64,000 nt of DNA from an uncultured Planctomycetota bacterium (GTDB lineage: Bacteria; Planctomycetota; Phycisphaerae; UBA1845; JANYLN01). Positions 33,441 to 45,140 of the stretch are shown here, one piece after another; the stretch's first letter is position 1, and each line of letters begins with the position of its first letter. Made by a program: the position numbers and the translations under genes. The stretch is from the NCBI GenBank assembly GCA_963787325.1, contig CAWBCK010000005.1, positions 1,520,333-1,584,332 on the forward strand. Reading direction: 5' to 3'. Under the pieces are notes generated by a model that saw only the letters and a program-made list of their open reading frames with translations, did no database searches and had not been told where the DNA came from.

Positions 33441-34571
33441 CTATTCTCCGAGAATCTGGGTGGTAAACTCGCCGATATTCCACATGGCTGACCCTGGTAG
33501 CGTCAGCCAATCTGCGTACTGCCTGTTGTAAACGCGCGAGCCTTCTGCCGTATTGTCTGGCGTCTTGCAGACCAGCCACAGGTTGTCCGACTGGGCGAGC
33601 AGCGATTCAATGCGGCAGTTTGAGTCTCTTGTAACAATGACCCCGTGGCATGCCTGCGTGACAAGTTTCCTCTTGATGTACTCCTCAAGATGACCATCAT
33701 TGAACCCGTATCCGAGGAACAAGAAGTGTGTGGCCTTATCGATCGCGGCGTCAGCAGACTGAAGCAGCTCTTGTCTATACCGCTGAAGTGTTTGGTACTT
33801 CGACAGCCCTGGCGTGATCATCACTCGTTCGGCGAACTCCGGGGGCGTCCACATCCATGCGTTGTTTTCCACGAGCGTGTTGCGATGAAAGAAGTAGTTC
33901 AGGGAACCGTGGACTTTGTAGAGTCGAACATGCTTCTTCCGTCGATAGATGGTCTTCATTGTGCGACCGTGGCAAATCTGCTCAGGTTCCAGCAAGGCGC
34001 GGTCAATCGCCTGCCAGTCCCGTCTTCGCTCGACACCGCCGAAGAGGCCGTTTGTATAGACAATACCCGCGAAATCACAGGAGTATTCAAATAGCATGTC
34101 GTAGTTCGGTGTAAGCACATGAAGGGTGCGGTTGCCTTCAGGAAGCGTATCGACAAGTCTCTTCAACAGTCGGCTCGCTGGCCATTCTGCCGTTCCCCCC
34201 GCTATCTGATAGGCAAATGCCCTGTCTAGGCTGGCGACAAACGTTCCCGTGATACCGGTGAGGATCTTAAGCAAGTCCTGCTCATTCACGCTATTGAGGG
34301 CGGTCTCCAAATCCGTTCCTACCTGAAGTGAGTGCTCGACAGTCTCCCATTCTGCTTTCTGTGCTTCTGTCAGTTGGTGGCTTTGGATGCCAGCCTGAAG
34401 AGCACCCGTCAAGGCAGACATCCCGAACCCGGCATCCAAGGCACACGACATCCCCGTTCCGAAGAAGACCAAGGGCGTATTCCGAAAGAATGCCCGCATA
34501 GCCTCAAGAGCCATATCTGGTGTCAATGAGGGTAGCGGGGTCCGCTCGCCGTTTCCTGCCATGTCGTTCAT
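33441..34571 (-). CDS. SIR2-like (SIR2_2) NADase
   Basis: FFGTGMS, TPNYD, LYKVHGS, FLGYGFNDGHL. Confidence 0.85.
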   Translation of the reverse strand: MNDMAGNGERTPLPSLTPDMALEAMRAFFRNTPLVFFGTGMSCALDAGFGMSALTGALQAGIQSHQLTEAQKAEWETVEHSLQVGTDLETALNSVNEQDLLKILTGITGTFVASLDRAFAYQIAGGTAEWPASRLLKRLVDTLPEGNRTLHVLTPNYDMLFEYSCDFAGIVYTNGLFGGVERRRDWQAIDRALLEPEQICHGRTMKTIYRRKKHVRLYKVHGSLNYFFHRNTLVENNAWMWTPPEFAERVMITPGLSKYQTLQRYRQELLQSADAAIDKATHFLFLGYGFNDGHLEEYIKRKLVTQACHGVIVTRDSNCRIESLLAQSDNLWLVCKTPDNTAEGSRVYNRQYADWLTLPGSAMWNIGEFTTQILGE

Positions 34572-37421
34572 TTGACCCTCCAGCGCAACGAGAAGATCGT
34601 CTGTAGGCTGCTGGTATGCTTCAACTGCTTCTCGATCTTGCCGATCAGGTCTTCCCTCTGATGGTCGATGGCGTCCTGGGCGTCGAACAGTTCGCGGCGT
34701 TTGCCGTTGCGGCGACGTTCGATGTCACGCAGTTCCTTCTGGTGGGTCAGTTTGTCCTGCAAGGACTGAGCAAGGGCAGCCGTACGGCGAAGCTCGCGTA
34801 TCTGCTTGTCCAGTTCCTTGATCTCATGCTCCAGGGAAAGTTTCAGATCCTCGCTCCAACGGTCGAGTTTCAGAACCTCCTCGTCAAAGAAGCGGCCGTT
34901 TCGCAGGTCGATCTCAGCCTAGCCTGGCATCGACCTCGGCCTGACGCAAGCCCGATAGATCCGGTATCGCGCCAATCTGCGTGCCTACAGCGCCCGAAAG
35001 CGACAGCAATTTCCGGCAGACTTCCTCATCCAAAGGCTTATTGTGATCAGTTCTGGCGGCAAATACCAGGAACTCATCCGTGTCAACCGCCGAGACGGTC
35101 AGTTTCGACACCTCCAGCCAGCCTGATTGCCCGACCAGCGGCTCGATCACGCTGATCTTCGATCGATGGTGGGTGTAATCGAACGTCACTTCTGCCACGG
35201 GTAGTTGTCTGCCTATGGCCCGCTCGATCAGCCGGATGGCTAACGGATGGTCTGGACGATAAAAGTGGTCGTCTGCCGCCTCCGCTGTCTTCCAGTCAAG
35301 GTCGTACCAGCCGCACTTGGCATCGGGACCGTTGTAGTAGAACCGTGGCATCTGGGGGTCGAACCGCGCCTGGCCATCCAGTTCGACCTTCGTCAGATCC
35401 AGGAGCCATCGTTCCCGCTGGGAAAGGCATTCAAGCGTCTTTTCACGGCTGATCTTCAGTCGGGATCGCACGTCCTCGTCAAAGTGTTCCAACAGCATCT
35501 GTCGAGTTGCAGCCAGGCGGGCCTGTATCTTCGCATCCAGTTCTGCCTGCAATGCGTCGAACGCCGCCTGTATCTCATCATTGGTGCGGCAGGTTTGGTA
35601 TACCTCGGCGATTCGTCGCTCAATGTCGACGCCGGATTCCAACGCCCCGAGAACCTCGTCGGAAGCACCGAACACGCCGTCAAAGAGTCGGAACTTCTCG
35701 CTGAGCAGCTCATAGACCCGCTTATCCGCCTCGTTTCGGCGATTCAGGAAGTTAACCACAACCACGTCATGTTTCTGGCCGTAGCGGTGACACCGACCGA
35801 TTCGCTGCTCGATCCGCTGGGGGTTCCACGGCAGATCAAAGTTGACGACCAGCGAACAGAACTGAAGATTGACACCCTCTGCGGCGGCTTCCGTCGCAAT
35901 CAGGATTGTGGCTTCATCCCGGAAATGCTCGACAATTGCAGCCTTGATGTCGATGTCACGGGAGCCGGTGACTCGATCCGTTCCGGTGTGTTTTGCCAGC
36001 CATTGTTCATAGATCTCGGCATGGTGGGGATGCTTGTTTGTGCCGTTGATAGTAACGACGTGCCCGTCGTATCCGTTCGTTGTCAGGAGGTCGTACAAAT
36101 AAGACTGAGTCTCCCGCGACTCGGTGAAGATGACCGCCTTTCGGGCTGCTCCAAGCTCGTCGGCCCTGGCAAAGGCGATCTTGAGGGCGGGCAGTAGTTT
36201 GTCACCTTTGGCGTTGTGGCCGATGCGGGCGGCAAACTCGGCGTATCGCCGCAAATCCACTAACTCGCCTTTCAGTTGTTCGGGATCGATGGGCGCGTCA
36301 GCGGTATCCTCTGCATCTTCCTCGTATTCGTCGGCGAGTTCTTCGATTCCTTCAAGGTCTTCGTCGTCCAGGATTTCGAGGCTGTCTTTCAAGTGTTCCA
36401 ATCGATCAGCGAGGCGGCGCAAGGTGCGAGCAATGGCGAAGGTCGACGATGCCAGCAGTTTCCGCAACACCATCGTGATCAGCTGTCGCTGGCTGGCGGG
36501 CAGTGCGTAGAGAACTTCCCTTTGGAGATAGTTGGTGATCTCATCGTACAGAGCCTGCTCCTGGTCGGTTGGCAGGAACTCCTGGGTGATCGGAACGCGA
36601 TTCGTGAAGGGAATGTACTCGGAAACCTGCTTTCGCAATGCCCGCGTGCATACGGGCGAGATTCGCTGCTTAAGCAGCAGATTGCGGCTGACCTCATCGC
36701 CATTATTAACAAACTGTTCGCGGAAGGAAGCGATGTCGCCAAATACATGAGCGTCGATAACGCTTACCAGGCTGAACAGCTCAAGCAGTGAGTTCTGTAG
36801 CGGGGTGGCGGTAAGCAGCAGCTTGGGCGTGTTGCCGATCGCTTCGGCTATGCGGTGGGCCATCGTCTTACGGGCTGCGGGGTTGTTGGCAAGCCTTGTA
36901 CGCGAGCGGTAGACGTTGCGAAGCCGATGTGCTTCGTCGATTACCACCGTGTCCCAAGGGATTTGTGCGATTGCTGAGGCCCTGGCGGATGCGAAGTTGT
37001 ATGAGCAGATGACCGTCTTATCCTTCTGATCGAACGGGTTGGTTCGCCCGTTCCTCTGAAGGCGACCAGCTACCTGGGAGTCCAGCACCATTGCCGGCAG
37101 AAAGAACTTCTCGCTGAGTTCCTGCTGCCACTGCTTACGCAGCATCGCCGGCGTAATGATAAGAATGCGTCGGCGACGTTCAGCCCATTTCTGAGAAAGC
37201 ACGATGCCGGCCTCGACGGTCTTACCCAAACCGACCTCGTCAGCCAGGATTGCCCCTTTTGTGAAGGGAGACCGCAAAGCGAAAAGGGCGGCATCAATCT
37301 GGTGCGGATTCAGGTCGACCCGTGCGTTAGCGATGGACCGTGACAGCGCAGCAATGTCACCCCCCGATCCGCGAAGGGTCAAGGCGTGTGCCCAATACTG
37401 GCTGTGGTAAGCGGTACTCAT
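34568..37421 (-). CDS. SNF2-family helicase (frameshift near 34918)
   Basis: LADEVGLGKT, DEAH, LTATPLQN, EGVNLQ, EQRIGRCHRYGQ. Coiled-coil tail continues in the frame of ORF 34568..34762. Confidence 0.9.
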
Positions 37422-37744
37422 TTGTCGTCCATTTGCACGATCAGGCGAAGAGGCATGCCCGTTCCGCCCTTCAACTGCTTCATCGGCTATTGCGATCCCG
37501 CTTGTCGCCGTTGGTCGGCTCATAGAGCCCGAATCAAATCGGCGTTGCCAGCTTCGCTCTTAAGACGGATGCGAGTGAGGTGAGGACCGCCGTAGGGCAG
37601 TTCGAGCTGCACGCACCCAATACGTGATCACGTCCATCGCAGATTATCCGGTTATATGCGGCTTGCTGCAAGATAGAGACGCCATTTCATCGGGCCGGAC
37701 GATCCTATCACGGGAAATACCCAGCCACTGTGTATTGAGCAATA

Positions 37745-38216
37745 CCTGACATTCCTGACGTTTCTGACATATCCGACACGCCCCACGCAATACCTCGGCC
37801 GCAGTTGGCAAGAGCCGGCACAAAGCATCAATCAAGGTCGGCAAGAAACAGTCACTGGATCAAGGTTTCCATATACCGGATTTACACTCACGCCAATACC
37901 AGATCCAGGCTCAAAGGCGCCGTTCCTTGTCATCTTCTGTTCCTGGCAACCCACTCCCCTTTGCCAGCAATACTTCGTAGCCAATGGTATGGTCTTCCGG
38001 CGGTCAATATTGGTGAGCCCTGCGTTATCTGGCGGCTACCCATATCGTGATACCTGTAGCGGCTGCAAATCACACCCACCCCTTGTTCACGATCGCTGGT
38101 CTGCTGTCGACCTGAGCATCTTCAGCCTTCACTCGGTCCTTGCTCACAAATGACAAGAGCCGAGTCTACCTGTCATGCTTCTACCTGCCGACCCGCTGCT
38201 GTCAGAACTGTCAGGT
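37745..38216. repeat. CTGACA 9-bp-period arrays, one direct and one inverted
   Basis: CCTGACATT-CCTGACGTT-TCTGACATA-TCCGACACG at 37745-37780; CTGTCAGAA-CTGTCAGGT at 38199-38216. Confidence 0.6.
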
Positions 38217-38515
38217 TTCTAGGATAAGGCCCGAGGCAGGCACTATCGTCTGGAACCAGCTACTTTCTGCTACGTCAAGACCAGCAAAGCACATGGCTTC
38301 ATCAACACGTCAGTGCTGTCAAACCGCTCTATTAACCGCCATATATCGTGCATTCCTTCACGATAAGATAGGTCGATATCAAGATGGACACCTGATATTC
38401 GTCGAGATTATGCTGGTGGCCGTTCTAGTTCTCTGTCTATGGCTCTTATTGCTGTCGATCGCTGGCATCCGTCACTGTGATCAACACAATTATTTTAGTT
38501 TTATATACTTTTGGC

Positions 38516-38563
38516 TTGACACGGCATATTCTGTCGCTATAGTACTTACCATTAGTACTTACC
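38516..38563 (+). promoter_or_regulatory. Sigma70-like promoter with overlapping direct-repeat operator
   Basis: TTGACA-N16-TATAGT after an AT-rich tract. TAGTACTTACC occurs at 38540 and 38553. Confidence 0.6.
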
Positions 38564-38608
38564 GACGATGGTCGTGGTGATCATCTGGTGTAAGACAGGA
38601 GATATCAT

Positions 38609-39292
38609 ATGAATTATGATACAAATAGCGCCTGCAATGATCAGGCATTAGGTATTATAAAGAATAGTGATGAGGCGCGGTCTGACGCGGTCAACGCCGG
38701 CAGGATCGAGCCAGCCAATTGTAACGTTCAACCGGCTGATCGAACAAGCATCAGTCAAGGGCGATTACTGCGACCCAACATCCGGCATATATATAGTAAA
38801 ATTGCCGGCGTAAGTTTTGCCAATGACGATGGTGTGTCGCGGCAGCAGATCATAGAGCAGGCATGTCGGCAATACGCATGCCTGCGGATTGTACCGGAAT
38901 GTGATAATCCGAGAGATCCAAACGCATTGGCAGTACTGACTGCAAGCGGTGCCCGGATCGGCTATATCCGCAAAGGCCTGAGACAGGAACTGCTCGGCTA
39001 CATACTGGGAGGCTATGTAGTTCTCTGCTTGTGTACAGCAGTGACTGGCGGCCAGGGCAAAATGCTCGGCGTGAACATAGCGATTGTGATTGCCGATCAT
39101 GATGTGTCGGCTGACGAATTCAGCGACTACATGCAGCAGACGTTGTTGCCAGAGATCAAAACAAACAGACAGAACCGCTTGAAAAGGCAAATGTTTACAA
39201 ATAACACAATGGATCCGAACGGTCATGACTCGTACTGTTCGGTACGACGGGAAACGGAATCCGTAGGAGTTAGAAAGGATGCAAATAGATGA
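38609..39292 (+). CDS. HIRAN-domain protein
   Basis: KIAGVSF...PECDNPRDPNALAV...IGYIRK. Confidence 0.8.
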   Translation: MNYDTNSACNDQALGIIKNSDEARSDAVNAGRIEPANCNVQPADRTSISQGRLLRPNIRHIYSKIAGVSFANDDGVSRQQIIEQACRQYACLRIVPECDNPRDPNALAVLTASGARIGYIRKGLRQELLGYILGGYVVLCLCTAVTGGQGKMLGVNIAIVIADHDVSADEFSDYMQQTLLPEIKTNRQNRLKRQMFTNNTMDPNGHDSYCSVRRETESVGVRKDANR

Positions 39293-41808
39293 AATAACTG
39301 ACGTTGTTATCAATACGGCATTAACGGGCCGTACGACAAGTATAGAAGACGCGGCTGTATGGTACACAGATCTGGGGTGGTCGGTATTACCGGTTCACGG
39401 TTTGAATGACTCTGGGTCTTGCACATGCGGCAAGACGAACTGTCCCTCGCCCGCTAAGCACCCGTCTATTGCTGACTGGCCCAATAAGGCAACATGTGAT
39501 GTTGACACGATTCAGACATGGTTCCTGTTGCAGCCTCATGCAAATATCGGCATCCGCACAGGCGGCGATACAGGCCTCGTGGTAATCGATGTAGATGTCA
39601 AGAACCAGGTCGACGGCATGGAAAGCCTGGCGAAAATGAAGCAGAAGCTCGGGGACTTGCCGCAGACAGTTACGGCCAATACGCCTAGCGGGGGACTGCA
39701 TTATTATTACAGGGTGCCGGGGCCAGTATCATTGAAAACTGCTACCCGTGTGCTCGGCTATCCTGGGGTCGATATCAGGGCCCAGGGCGGGATGGTTGTT
39801 GCGCCACCGAGCAGGAATGCCACTGGACAATATGAATGGCAGGCAGGCCTGAGCCCGGATGACGCAGCTGTTGCTGATCTTCCGCAGGCGTGGCTCGAGG
39901 CCCTGCCAAAGGCCGATCAAACGAACCAGACCGCAACGGGTAATCTTGGGTATGAAGACAAGATCAGCCAAGGCGGCAGGAACAATACACTGACCTCGAT
40001 CGCAGGTTGTTTTCGGCGTAATGGCTTATCCGAGGCGGTGATCGAGAGCGCTCTCCATGTGGTCAACCAAAAGCAGTGCGATCCGCCTTTGGGAGACCAG
40101 GAGATCAAAAGCATTGCGGCGAGTATTTCCCGATATCCATCCAGCCAAGCGCCTGAGTTGCCGACGGTTATTCTGCCTGGTCCAGGGCGCATTGTGGACA
40201 CCGTGAGTCGGTTGGCGCCGCTGGTTAGGGAAACCGGAGTATACTACCAACGGGGGGGCACGCCGGTGAGGTTACATAAAGCGGCCGGCGACCGGTTTGA
40301 GTTAGAGGCAATCAAGGACGAAGAATGGCCTACAATCTTCGAGCAAGTGGCCAGATTATACAAGCTAATCGGCGGGAAGAATGGGCCGGAGCACAAGCCG
40401 ACCATCTGTTCAATCGCAACGGCCAGGCTGATTGTACATGCGGCAACATTCCGCCAGGCACTACCGCCGATTAATCTCATCAGCCGTTGCCCGGTATTGG
40501 TTGAGAAAGCCAATGAGCTCAGGTTCATCAGCGGTTATGATCCTGAAACCGGCATCCTGGCCGGTGGAACCGAGCTGCCAGAACTATCACTTGACCAGGC
40601 GGTTGCATTGTTGACCGGTGCTTTGACCGACTTTGAGTTTGCGACCCCTGGCGATCGTTCCAGGGCAATCGCTGCGATCATTACTCCGGCGATGAAACTG
40701 GGCGGCTTGATTCCAGGCCCGTCGGCAGTGGATTTCGGCGAGGCTAATGAGGCTCAGACCGGCAAGGGCTACAGAAACAAGATCACGGCCGCCATCTATA
40801 ACGATGAGGTGCACAACGTCACTCGATGTAAAGGCGCTGGTGGCTTGGACGAATCGTTCGCCGCTGCCGTACTGAGGGGATCGTGCTTCATCTGCCTGGA
40901 CAATCTTCGTGGTACGGCTGAGAGCCAGATGCTAGAGTCGTTTCTTACAGAGGATACCGCGACTCTTCGGATTCCGTATCAGCCTCCCGTAATGGTGGAT
41001 CCGCGCCGTACGATCGTAATGATGACGAGCAACCAGGCGGAATTGGGTGACGATCTGGCCAAGCGGTGCAGCATCGTGCGTATCCGCAAACAACCTGAGG
41101 ATCATGAGTGGGCACAATACCTGGAAGGCGATGTTCTTTCACACATAAGGGCTAACCAGCCACTGTACTTTGCCGCCGTTGTAGCCGTCGTAAAGGCTTG
41201 GCACGATGCAGGCAAGCCCAGGTTACAGGCATTGGGCCATGACTTCAGGGCCTGGGCCGGCATCATGGATTGGATCGTTACAAACATCTTCAAGGCGGAG
41301 TCGTTACTTGAAGGCCATAAGGACATCCAGAAAAGAGCTATCACACCACACCTGGGTTGGTTACGGCAGTTGGCCTTTGCGGTGCTGCAAGACGGTCAGA
41401 ACGACCAGTGGTTAAGAACCTACCAACTTCATGATACACTCCAAACGCACGAAATCGAGATACCTGGTCCGGCAACCGGCCTAGACGCAGACTACAGAGG
41501 CAAGCCAGAAACAAGCCCTTCAACAGATTGGCCGGCGTCTAGGAAAATGTTTCGGTGCCTCGGACAAAAAGACGATCGACGACATCACGATTAAGAGGCA
41601 GTCTGTACGTGATCCCTGTTCTGGCAAGGACTACAAAAAGTACTTGTTCACCAAAGATGCCGAAACACCAGCAAACCAGACCGCCCAGAACTTGCCGCCG
41701 GAACCAGTCGATAGCGTCCCAGTTGAAGAGCCCAGATGTTTCAATAGCAAGGCAGATCAGCCAATAGTAGATGACATTCGCAGGTATATTGCGGCCACAC
41801 CTGGCTGA
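39279..41808 (+). CDS. Bifunctional primase-polymerase with PriCT-1 and P-loop/helicase-like domains (frameshift near 41490)
   Basis: CTCGKTNCPSPAKHP, NIGIRTG, VIDVD, TPSGGLHYYY, DIRAQGGMVVAPPS; GGRNNTL...CDPPL; QTGKGY, CLDNL, TSN. Confidence 0.85.
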
Positions 41809-42096
41809 AGGCGATAGTCCCGACCGTTTTCTAACAACGATATGGGCACGAGGTCATCCGCCCGAGAAGGAGCAGTTGACCGTAGCACGTAAACACTGTG
41901 GCGGTCGCTGCTCGTCCGGGCCTTAGTGCGAATCATCGTCTGGGATACGGCATCAGCACCTACCCACCACGTTTTGGTAAACAAACGAATTCCTGTACCG
42001 GGCCATGTACGTCCATGGCTGTATATCGGCGGACGATGCCACAGATGATCCTTTGCCTTCTTGCCGACTGCCAGAATGCACTCAAATAGTCACTTG

Positions 42097-42412
42097 CCTT
42101 GATTCCTCCTGATCCCCGCTGATGGAGCCATGGCAAAAACCTGATTTAAACGCAATCCTCCTGATCCGCCTGATACTGCTGCAAACTATTCATAATAATC
42201 TATACTGATATACAACCCCTATAGCCATGAGCAAATCGTTGTGAAAAAGTTAAGTTACATCAGGAGAATCAGGAGAAATCAGGAGAAATACAGGTTTTAG
42301 TGCATTCTACGCTTTTTGTACCTGGTAGCATCAGGCGGAATGCATTGAAATGGCCATTTTGGTGCATTTTGCGTATTTGCGAGCCAAAACTATCAGGCGG
42401 AATCAGGGGAAA
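42097..42412. repeat. Iteron-like inverted repeat arrays around an AT-rich core (putative origin)
   Basis: About 6 CCTGAT-type units at 42097-42174, an AT-rich stretch at 42180-42258, and about 7 ATCAGG(A/C)G units at 42259-42412. Confidence 0.7.
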
Positions 42413-42842
42413 CTGGCATTTGGACGCATTGTAGGTATTGTTGTCTTCTATAGTCTGTACATATACCTAGCAGTTTGGACCCAACGGCAGTAGACCAGTG
42501 GTATCCGACAAGGCGAGGCGTATATGGCAGTGTCACTTGGCGAGAAGAATCGGCCAAGCTGTAGGCACTGATGGCCGCCATTGGTAATCCAGATGGTCCG
42601 AATCTATGTGAAGCCGGATCTTGGGTTCTGTTACAGGCTGCCAATCGTCTCTATGGGCCCCTGGGCAGATCGATTCCCTTGTGGCCTCGAATTCCGACGC
42701 CGTGCATTTGTTCACCATATCTGAAGCTATGGGGCATGTAGCAGGGTCGCAGCCAGCCAAAACCCGGTTGAATCTTTTCAGGTACAAGCCAAACTATCGT
42801 CACAGGAGAGGGCAATCGGGGGAGTAAGACAGGAGATGGCGG

Positions 42843-44038
42843 ATGTCGCTAGCATCGTACTTGAACGAGGATGAACAGATCGCACTCTTGGAAATCGATA
42901 GGCTGGTAGTGCAGATCCAGCCAAGCGGACATTACTATACGCTTCAAGACAGTGTGGTTCCGAAACGTCTGGTAAGAATTGCGCTTGCCAGCAACAATGA
43001 TTACATGGCTGAGGAGACAGAGAGGCAGGAATCCTTCTTCAAAGCGGTTCCTCGCCTTCAAACGTTGGGCCTGCTCGACAAGGATGCCAGTCTTAGTGCG
43101 GGTGATGTGCCGCAGCCGGTGGACATTACGGTAGACAGCGGCGCAAGAGTAACGATATGTCGCGGCTATGTTCTCGGTGGCAACATGCCCACACATGCCC
43201 ACGTACCCGATGACGAACTGAAGAAGGCTTTACCTCTGACCGATCCTTCCGGCTTTACATTTCTGCCATGGGATACGGGAAAGGAGGTCTGCATTTCTGT
43301 CTTCGGGGATGACCAGGAGGAGCCAATTAACGCTTCGGCTAGGGATTACTGGATCAGCTGGCAGTTGACCGCCGAGGGGGCAAAGACGGCCTCTGAAATC
43401 CGCCGTATTCGCAAGCAAGGCAGCTCCCGAGCACAAGACTACCCGGCCTCAGCAGAAGCCGCTTCTTCCAGCAAGGATACCGCCGTGTTCTGCAAAGAGG
43501 GCCAAATGTGGCGTATTTGCTATAATGGCAAGCAGACATTCTTGAGCGACTGCAAAGGTCTTCAGATCATCCAACGCCTTCTTCGGTACCCGGACCCACA
43601 AGTGCCATTAGCGGCCACCGATCTGCAAGGCATAGATGCGGCGCGGATCACGTCATTCGGCGGGGACGAAGCGACGGACAAGGAGGCCCTGGAGGCTGCT
43701 AGCAGGAAACGCGAGAGACTGTCGTGCGGCATTCTGGACGCCGACGAGAAGGCCGATTGCGCTACCGTTCAAAAGACGATGGAGCAAATAGAGGACTACG
43801 AGAAGCGCAGCACCACTCCCACCGGTAGACCTCGTCTTCTTGGGAAGTCAGACCCGAAAGAGGCGCCCGTACGGCGGCGAAGAAAAGCATGAGTCGTGCC
43901 ATCGGCAGGATACGTGCGGAAGGTCTCTCTGACTTAGCCGATCACCTCCACGCTGGAATCATGACAGAAGGTGCCGCGTATGCGTACAGGCCTGGAAAAG
44001 CCGCACCTCCCTGGAAGCTTAGATTAGGCCATTCATAG
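42843..44038 (+). CDS. Hypothetical protein with regulator-like C-terminal domain (frameshift near 43860)
   Basis: VFCKEGQMWRICYNG...KGLQIIQRLLRYP, then ARTAAKKSMSRAI...LADHL...YRP...PPW in the next frame. Confidence 0.55.
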
Positions 44039-44260
44039 GGGTAGCCATTGGCGCGCCTAGACCGTCCCTAATAGATTACGCTCTGGCTTCTGTATAGACG
44101 CCGCACCGCCTGCAACCTTTGTGCGTCTTTTCATTTTGCCAGCGCAACTTACCTGCTGAGCCGCCGGTTCCCTGCTGACACCTGTGACGACCTGCTCTTA
44201 CGCCCACGATCTATTGCCGTATCAAGCGATTTTTCTCAGCCGTCCACAAAAAAAACCGGC

Positions 44261-44334
44261 CTGTGACGCCCAATGTCACGCTGTGACGCGGGAAGTTCGC
44301 CGTTAACGGTGGACACCATCACCGTGATGGTGTC
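44261..44334. promoter_or_regulatory. Operator-like repeat and palindrome cluster
   Basis: CTGTGACGC at 44261 and 44281; CCGTTAACGG at 44300; perfect GACACCATCAC-C-GTGATGGTGTC at 44312-44334. Confidence 0.5.
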
Positions 44335-44620
44335 AGAAAGCCTGGCCATCAGAGATTGGCCGCTACTCTCGGTAGTATCGAAAGCGAGCAGGCCAGCCCG
44401 CGTTCCCTGCGAGTGTACGCAGGCGATAGGATAGCCGATAGCGTGTGGCAGGAAAAGGTGAATGTATGGTTTCAGTCGACGGAAAATGCTGGCAAAAGGA
44501 TGTGTCTACGAGTCCACAACGGCTCGTTGTCGCCAATCAGGGGGAGGCAAAAGTTACTGCTCGTCCTGACGCGGTTGGCTGCAATTATTCGCATATCGTA
44601 GCCCTGCAAGGGAGTAATTC

Positions 44621-45036
44621 ATGAGTACAGAAGGTCGCGATGTCGACAATGTAAACAACAGTTCCCCTGACCAAAAAATCCAGACATTGGAGAGTGTCCA
44701 GATCCCGTCGTGTCCAGAGGAAAGGAAGATGATTATCACGTTGAAATGCAGGCGGGCAAGAGCTGGAGGACGGTACGTGGAAATACAGGCACGCGTAGCC
44801 AACCACCAATCGTATCCGGACAGACTGCAGGCCGTGCAGCAAGAGATCACGGCAGAGCTGACATCAGGGGCTTGCGAGATGCATTTCCTGATCTCTCCAT
44901 CGACGGCCGTGATGTAGACAGGTGTTTATGGTCGATAGCCGAGCGTCTGTGCAATCATCCTGATGATCTGTGCCTAGAATGCGAATTTCAGGCGATCCTG
45001 GCCACCGACCCTGACGGCGACGACGACGCTGCCTAG
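44621..45036 (+). CDS. Small hypothetical protein, probably frameshifted
   Basis: GGGAG RBS before ATG 44621; overlapping ORFs 44621..44917 and 44710..45036. Confidence 0.35.
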
Positions 45037-45140
45037 TAGTGACGAGCAAACACACAGCGCAGAGCGGAGGTCAATGACGCCGCTCTGCGCTGCAGCAAGC
45101 TCTTGGTTTTAAAGAGGTTATGAACAGAGGAAACACATAT

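Noticed and set aside
42097-42412. Short repeat arrays (also 23724-23776 and 37745-37780) as CRISPR
   Set aside because: Units are 9-10 bp with no unique spacers, and there are no cas genes.
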